This document shows, in pieces, positions 58,537-64,000 of a stretch of 64,000 nucleotides of DNA. Source of the stretch: Candidatus Nomurabacteria bacterium (GTDB taxonomy: Bacteria; Patescibacteriota; WWE3; UBA101185; UBA10185); contig JACKGU010000001.1 of the NCBI GenBank assembly GCA_020631855.1, positions 447,597-511,596 on the forward strand, in the 5' to 3' direction. A model generated the notes under the pieces. That model had not been told where the DNA came from. It worked only from the letters and a program-made list of their open reading frames with translations, and did no database searches. The position numbers and the translations under genes were made by a program. The stretch's first letter is position 1. Each line of letters starts with the position of its first letter.

Positions 58537-61500
58537 TTAGTTTATTTTCAAAGAAGTTGTGAAATCAGTGTTCAAGTAGCCGCTATAAGAGCCCGACAGC
58601 GACCCCAAAATAAGCCTGGGATCGTCTGAAGAAATTGAGGTACCAAAAGGCCCGTCAAAGCTAAAAGACATTAAATCGTCGTTTGTACCCGGCTGTTTTT
58701 GCCAATACAGGCTGTACTCACCGTTTTCCTTTGAAATATTCAACATCTCGGGGAGATCGTACTCAAAAATAACCTTCAATTTTTTCTGAGGATCGAGCTT
58801 AAAGCCTACACCAAAGGAGTTATACGCTCCTTCCTTTTCAGCAACCACTGAGTCAAAAACGTTTGTTTCTACATCATTTGCAGAAATTTTTGCGCCGGTT
58901 AAAAACGTGCCCTCAGGGGTTATTATGCGTACATAATTTGTGTAGGGTCCTCCGGGCCAAGCAGAATCTGTGCCTGTGTGGTCGTATAAAAGCTCCAGCC
59001 TAGCCCTTAAAACCCCGTCCCTAGTCAAAGATGTTACTGAATAAGCCATTTCGTTCTTAATGTAATAGTTAGCTTTCGTACCTCCTAAATTAGCGTTTAC
59101 TACCTGAAGATAATCTCCGCCGGTAGGGCGTATTGCTCCATCCCAGCCAAGATCGTTAAAAACGGTGCCAAGAGAACTACCCGGAAGATAAACCATTAGA
59201 TGACGCTCGTCTAAAAGCTTTTTTGTAGCTAAAACCATCTTAGGTAGCTTGGTGTCGCTCAGCCCGAACACACTTTCCAACAACTTACCCCCCATTACAG
59301 TTAAGAACGTCTTTTTCTGCTCGGATCCTGCTTCAAAAGTGAATTCGCTGTGAAATTGAGTCCTTTCGTATATATTTTGTGCTGTAATTTCCTCGTTATA
59401 AGCCGTTAAAAAGATCGGGCCGGTAATCTCAAGAAATTCTTTTGCCATATTAAGATCTACAGCAAAAACACCGTCAAAATTTCTCCCATCTACCTTGAAA
59501 AAAAGCTCTTTTATAACTTCAGCGCTCTGGCTGAACTCGGGATACCAATTAGCGTTTCTTATAAAAAGGCTATCTTCCTGCAAATATGTCTTTATAGGTG
59601 CCGGGGAATCAATTTTTATCTCTCTTAAAGCTATCTGACCATCGGGGTTATAAACATCGTCAATCACTATAGAAGCTATCTTGCCGTCTTTAAAATTTAC
59701 TACCGCGTAAGACCCGATAAACCCGCCGGTAGGTCTTAGTTCGTTATTGTTCTGAAATAATACCAGATATGATTTTGTTCCATCCACCCCAATAATACTG
59801 GGAAATTGCTCTAAAAACGGGCTTGCTAGGTCGCTTAGATAGAGCGCGTTTTGTAGCTGTTCTTTATAAGAGGCGGTTCTATTCTTCAATTTTGGATAGT
59901 CTATTTGATCAAGTTCGTAAGCAGCTAGCTGAAGGTTTTCTTTTGCCACTTCAAGATCTTCTGTAGCTTCAACTATCTTAGAGGTGTCTATGGGATTTTC
60001 TGAAGTGGGCTTCATTGTGTCCCACAAATCTTTTAGAGGCATTCCTGCTGATGCCAAAAAATATATACTTTTTATTGAATACTTTCCTGAGTTTAGTGCC
60101 TGCCTAGTATCGGTAAAAAGATCTTCGCGCCCAACAACTTTAAAAAGATAATATGTTCGTGACAGGGCCGCATCGGCCCTATATAGCTCGTTAAAGGCTT
60201 TTTCGGAATTACTGATAGCGTCGTCCAAACGCATGCTTCTGGTCGCAGAGATAGCTTCTTGGGCAAAGCCCTCGGCCCTCATAGCGTGTAATGCAATCTG
60301 CAACCCGGGCATAATAACAAAAACTATCAAGAAAGCTAAAAACACTAAAGCCAGAGAGAGTACAAACTGTACTTTTTTAGAACTTAAGAACCCTCCTCTA
60401 TCAGCGCTTGACACGATACTTGAAGAGCCGGAATCGCCTAAATTTGATGAGGAATATAAAGTTTCAAGCTGAGAAGGCTTTGTCGACAAACTTTTATCTC
60501 TTGCGGTTTTTCTAAAACTAAAAAATCTTCTATTCGGCTTACTCTTTACAGAAAATTGCTTCTCCGGCGCAAGTATACTCAAGCTTGATACAGGGGCCCC
60601 TTTTTCGGAACCGTAGCTATCAACCGTGCTGATACCTTCTATGGTGCTTGGGTTGTTGCTTATTTGATTTTGCGAAGTTATAAGTACCGCGTTTTTGTCT
60701 TCAGGTGCAGGGACATTTGTTGACACAGGTGTATTTGGCTTTTCTCCGGGTTTAATTGATACGTCGTCTATTCCCATAGAAGTTTCGTCGACCAAAGAGT
60801 CTATTTTTACCTCATCAGAGGACTTAGGGTTTTTCTTTTTTGAAATTAGACTGGCCGGCTTAAATGAATGAGAACTAACATCGTAACCAAAAGACTCCAA
60901 AGTCTTTTTTAAACCTTCTTTCAAGTAAACTTTTTGGGACCATTTTATTTTTTTAAGTGCTGCGGAATCTAAGGTTATTTTATCTACCCCTGCATATGAA
61001 GTAGTTTTTGGTTTAAAGGTTACCTCTATTTCTGAGCTGGCTAGGTTTTTTAATAAATAGGCAGTTTCAAGAACAGTACTATATTCTTCGCTAATAAAGG
61101 TGAATATCTCGCCTGATGTATTATCGGAAAACATTCCTTTTACCAGGCCAGAAACTGCATCTGAAATGTAAATATAGTTTTCTTTTTCTACTCCGTCGCC
61201 ATAAATGACAATATCGGTATTTTCAAGTGTGTTTTTAATAGCTTTTCCTAAACTACCACTGGCTTCAAAGCTCATTCGTGGTCCGTATATCTCTGAGAAT
61301 CTTGCTATTCTAACATCTGATTGAAACTCTTTGTAATACTCCCAGGTCAAAGCTTCTGCATATCTCTTAGCCTCGTTGAGTGTGTATTTATTTTCTACCT
61401 CTTTAGAGGTGCCATAATAATGATCAAGGCCTGCTGGGGATATAAGACCTTTGTATACATCAACTAAAGACGCGAGCATGAATTTTGCGTTGCAGGCCTT

Positions 61501-61899
61501 ACAGAAATCCAAGATTACTTTTGTCCCAACGCTATTAGTCAATAGGGTGTAGTAGCTTAATGAAGAAGCATCGGTGAGATAAGCTTCCAATCCTGCCAAG
61601 TGATAAACATAGTCAACACTTTCTATCTCTTTAGGCAAACCAACATTTATATCAGCCTCGAATAAAGCGAATTTGGGATTCTCAAGAAATTTATTAACGT
61701 ATATTTGTTTACCGGTACTGAAATTGTCAACCACAATCACGCGAGCATCTTTTAATAATAAGGCTTCGGCAAGGTGAGATCCGACAAAACCTGCTCCTCC
61801 TACAATGAGGACTGTCGGCGATAGTGCAGATTTTTTAATAACATTTGTATTAGGCATAGGGCAGTAAGCAACACAACAATATAAAATATTGTTGTGCAT
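58537..61899 (-). CDS. fusion protein: N-terminal NAD-dependent epimerase/dehydratase (UDP-sugar 4,6-dehydratase/decarboxylase-like) + TM + large C-terminal extracytoplasmic domain with ELRPTGGFIGS motif (DUF4012-like)
   Basis: N-terminus VLIVGGAGFVGSHLAEALL (GxxGxxG Rossmann) with a YxxxK-type region, then a Ser/Pro-rich linker, TM helix LSLALVFLAFLIVFVIM, then ~600 aa containing LVLFQNNNELRPTGGFIGSYAVVNF. Confidence 0.7.
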   Translation of the reverse strand: MHNNILYCCVAYCPMPNTNVIKKSALSPTVLIVGGAGFVGSHLAEALLLKDARVIVVDNFSTGKQIYVNKFLENPKFALFEADINVGLPKEIESVDYVYHLAGLEAYLTDASSLSYYTLLTNSVGTKVILDFCKACNAKFMLASLVDVYKGLISPAGLDHYYGTSKEVENKYTLNEAKRYAEALTWEYYKEFQSDVRIARFSEIYGPRMSFEASGSLGKAIKNTLENTDIVIYGDGVEKENYIYISDAVSGLVKGMFSDNTSGEIFTFISEEYSTVLETAYLLKNLASSEIEVTFKPKTTSYAGVDKITLDSAALKKIKWSQKVYLKEGLKKTLESFGYDVSSHSFKPASLISKKKNPKSSDEVKIDSLVDETSMGIDDVSIKPGEKPNTPVSTNVPAPEDKNAVLITSQNQISNNPSTIEGISTVDSYGSEKGAPVSSLSILAPEKQFSVKSKPNRRFFSFRKTARDKSLSTKPSQLETLYSSSNLGDSGSSSIVSSADRGGFLSSKKVQFVLSLALVFLAFLIVFVIMPGLQIALHAMRAEGFAQEAISATRSMRLDDAISNSEKAFNELYRADAALSRTYYLFKVVGREDLFTDTRQALNSGKYSIKSIYFLASAGMPLKDLWDTMKPTSENPIDTSKIVEATEDLEVAKENLQLAAYELDQIDYPKLKNRTASYKEQLQNALYLSDLASPFLEQFPSIIGVDGTKSYLVLFQNNNELRPTGGFIGSYAVVNFKDGKIASIVIDDVYNPDGQIALREIKIDSPAPIKTYLQEDSLFIRNANWYPEFSQSAEVIKELFFKVDGRNFDGVFAVDLNMAKEFLEITGPIFLTAYNEEITAQNIYERTQFHSEFTFEAGSEQKKTFLTVMGGKLLESVFGLSDTKLPKMVLATKKLLDERHLMVYLPGSSLGTVFNDLGWDGAIRPTGGDYLQVVNANLGGTKANYYIKNEMAYSVTSLTRDGVLRARLELLYDHTGTDSAWPGGPYTNYVRIITPEGTFLTGAKISANDVETNVFDSVVAEKEGAYNSFGVGFKLDPQKKLKVIFEYDLPEMLNISKENGEYSLYWQKQPGTNDDLMSFSFDGPFGTSISSDDPRLILGSLSGSYSGYLNTDFTTSLKIN

Positions 61900-62228
61900 T
61901 TGTATAAAGTATATGTAGAGTTAGCCCTTTTGACAAGCAGTAACTAAAGTGATAATATACTATCGTCACCAAACCAAATGAAGTTGTTTGGTGTTTTTTT
62001 TTGATGTGCGTGTCAAGTACGTTGCTTTCAACAAGTACAGACAGCTTATAAAGCGAGTAGCTTATTTTCAAAAAAAACACCATAGAAGCTTGATTAATAC
62101 TTGAGCCCAAAGAGCTGCTTAAACAAAAGCCCAGAAAAAAGAGAAAAATAGCGGCCAGAGAAGCTCTAAAAGAAGTACAAAGGTAAGGTGTCTGGTGCGT
62201 AATTAATTAGAAATTAAATATAAAAAAA

Positions 62229-62693
62229 ATGAACGATCAACAAATATTAATATCAGCAGAAGGTTTAGAGAACTTGAAAAAAGAGTTGCAAGACTTAATT
62301 GAACTCAAAAGACCGGAAATAGCTAAAAACATTCAAATGGCACGAGACCAAGGAGACCTTTCCGAAAACGCACAGTACGATGCTTTCAAACACGAGCAGG
62401 GTTTGGTTGAAGGAAGAATCAAAGAGCTTGAAGATATAATTAAAAAAGCAAAAATAATTGAGGAGAGCGAATCCAACGGAACAGTAAAAATAGGCTCAAC
62501 TGTGACTATACATGTAGAAGGCGAGAAAGAGGTAATTAAGATTGTAGGCAGCATGGAAGCGGACGCAATGAATAAAATGATCTCACACGAATCTCCTATA
62601 GGAACAGCGCTGTTAGGAAAAAAGGTTGGCGATGTTGCAGAGGTTTCTGCTCCTGTGGGCAAACTAAAATATAAAATTCTACAAATAGATTAA
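62229..62693 (+). CDS. greA: transcription elongation factor GreA
   Basis: Gre N-terminal coiled-coil with DLSENAQYDAFKHEQ acidic tip region, and the C-terminal FKBP-like domain. Confidence 0.9.
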   Translation: MNDQQILISAEGLENLKKELQDLIELKRPEIAKNIQMARDQGDLSENAQYDAFKHEQGLVEGRIKELEDIIKKAKIIEESESNGTVKIGSTVTIHVEGEKEVIKIVGSMEADAMNKMISHESPIGTALLGKKVGDVAEVSAPVGKLKYKILQID

Positions 62694-62840
62694 TCGAGCT
62701 CGACAGCTAAAAACCCCGGCTCGCTTACAAAAGACATAATACTTACTACCTATAAAGTGCGGCATAGCCACTCTTTAACATGTAAAAATATTTCACAGAA
62801 ATACTATTAAGCTGATTATATTGGTTTGAAGAAAAGTATT

Positions 62841-62962
62841 ATCAACTGTCTCCAGCTTACGCAGGTTATTTGCTGTAACTTCTTTGCGCTGCAAAGCGCA
62901 ACATGTTGGGTAAACTATATCTACTAGTTTACGCAAGTAGTTTTATGTAATGAAATTATAAA
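62841..62962 (+). repeat. intergenic repeat family copy 5
   Basis: ...CTCCAGCTTACGCAGG...CTGTAACTTCTTTGCGCTGCAAAGCGCAACATGTTGGGTAAACTATATCTACTAG...GTAATGAAATTATAAA, between greA and the stop of the substrate-binding-protein gene. Confidence 0.8.
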
Positions 62963-62977
62963 AAGCTCAACAATAAC

Positions 62978-64000
62978 CTATTTTTCTATCTCAACTTTTG
63001 CTCTGGATAAAGCATCTTTAGCAGATGCTCCGCTAAGGACCTCTTCGATAGAAGTGTTGAGTGCGTCGGCTTGCCTTCTGTTTCCGGCACGGCCTGCAAT
63101 TTCTGAACTTTTAGCAAACGGAGCTGAATCTAAAACCGGCGTTATGTAAGGATTTGCTACGGTATCTTTTAAGCTGACGGCGCTATACGGAGGTCCAAAA
63201 GCACGAATTTTAGATGCTTCGCTAAAGTAAAGTTGTTGTTGCTCCGGCTGTGCCAAAAAATTTATAAAATCCCACGCCACCGCTGAATTTGTTGAATTTG
63301 ACGGCACAGCATACATCCAAAAACTTCCCCAGGAAACAGGGTTATCTATAAGAGCCTGCGGAACAGCGGCAACTCCAACATCATTAATATTCGGCATAGC
63401 CTTCAAAATATCCAGAATCTGCCATGTAGGGACGAAGATCATCGAGGCTTGCTCTTTAGTAAAGGCTTCTGTAGCGTTCGGCATAGCTTCTGACCAGACT
63501 TTATCAACTTTTGCAAAATTCGTATAAAAAGTAAGCGCATCTTGTGCAGGCTTTGTATCCATTTGCTCAGGAACAGCTATACCGGCTTGAGCCATCATTA
63601 ACCCTACTATATCGGTTGAGTGGTCAATGTTCTTGGCTGTTCCAATTGCGGCTCCGCCTCTTTTTAGCTCACCATCGGGACCTCTGACAGTAAGTTCGAT
63701 GGCAAGTCTTCTAAACTCTTCCCAAGCGGTAGGAGGAAAATTCTGACCTATTTCTTTAAAATGCTTCTTGTTATAAACAAGAACGAGCCCGTCATAGTAT
63801 GCGGGAACTGCATATATTTCGCCGTCAAACACGGCACTTTGAGCAGCAACCGGATAATACGATGTTGTATATTGAGACACATCCATTAAATTTTTCGGCA
63901 TTGGAGCTAGTAAAGTAACAAGATCAGGCACCCATGTGTTGTGAACCAATGCTAAATCTATTCCCGAAGACTGCTGAGAACGGGTAAATATCCTCTCCTT
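62978..64000 (-). CDS. ABC transporter substrate-binding protein (sugar-type, family 1), 5'-truncated by window end
   Basis: The reading frame stays open to position 64000. The sequence resembles extracellular solute-binding proteins (…VPTWQILDILKAMPNINDVGVAAVPQ…WDFINFLAQPEQQ…). Confidence 0.65.
   Translation of the reverse strand, partial: KERIFTRSQQSSGIDLALVHNTWVPDLVTLLAPMPKNLMDVSQYTTSYYPVAAQSAVFDGEIYAVPAYYDGLVLVYNKKHFKEIGQNFPPTAWEEFRRLAIELTVRGPDGELKRGGAAIGTAKNIDHSTDIVGLMMAQAGIAVPEQMDTKPAQDALTFYTNFAKVDKVWSEAMPNATEAFTKEQASMIFVPTWQILDILKAMPNINDVGVAAVPQALIDNPVSWGSFWMYAVPSNSTNSAVAWDFINFLAQPEQQQLYFSEASKIRAFGPPYSAVSLKDTVANPYITPVLDSAPFAKSSEIAGRAGNRRQADALNTSIEEVLSGASAKDALSRAKVEIEK

Noticed and set aside
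62978-63949. Treating 63949 as the true start of the substrate-binding protein gene
   Set aside because: The frame stays open upstream to the window edge and the start given is a TTG. The gene is more likely 5'-truncated by the window, so I annotated it as partial to 64000.
1-64000. CRISPR arrays, cas genes, reverse transcriptase/DGR or retron signatures, rRNA genes
   Set aside because: I scanned for regularly spaced short direct repeats and for RT motifs (YADD) and found none. No rRNA-like conserved blocks seen. The repeat families present are long (120-135 nt) and dispersed, not CRISPR-like.

Overview
This is a low-GC window that looks like a small, streamlined bacterial genome, possibly of the Candidate Phyla Radiation (CPR; an inference from gene content and compactness). 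Standard genetic code: long ORFs are intact.

Housekeeping genes run through the window. They include trxA, gap, uppS, zwf-pgi with a 1-nt TAATG stop/start overlap, the dnaG-rpoD operon with a 4-nt overlap, proS, metG, rplY (Ctc form), greA and rmuC. There are two UvrD-like helicases, one of them a helicase-nuclease fusion, and one partial sugar-binding ABC transporter gene at the window end.

Cell-envelope glycosylation genes cluster at 3.9-16.2 kb. UppS sits with a GT2 polyprenol-phosphate sugar transferase, a small DUF2304-like membrane protein, and three large polytopic membrane proteins that look like GT-C (ArnT/PMT-type) glycosyltransferases.

The middle of the window is a mobile-element hotspot. 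Five tRNA genes lie on the minus strand: Ser-GGA, Ser-CGA, Ala-CGC, Arg-GCG and Ser-GCU. Three site-specific recombinase genes each abut a tRNA-Ser: two frameshifted tyrosine integrase paralogs and one large serine recombinase whose ORF reads across tRNA-Ser(CGA). Between tRNA-Ser(GGA) at 26.8 kb and tRNA-Ser(CGA) at 41.1 kb lies a ~14 kb island. It carries an MFS transporter, a giant 1696-aa mosaic protein (N-terminal HEXXH metalloprotease-like motif plus C-terminal ABC1/UbiB-type atypical kinase motifs), an XRE regulator, a two-gene cassette of unknown function and a phage-like operon of small overlapping genes.

Two non-coding signals stand out.
- A ~135-nt element occurs twice as a direct repeat, at 22174-22308 and 24983-25116. 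It sits in the 5' leaders of a Zn-ribbon gene and of proS. Its minus-strand transcript has two C(UUCG)G-capped hairpins, and three stems show compensatory base changes between the copies, which argues for a structured RNA.
- A ~120-nt intergenic repeat family has five copies in both orientations. Two inverted copies bracket the uppS/Wzz-like pair.

I found no CRISPR array, no reverse transcriptase and no rRNA.
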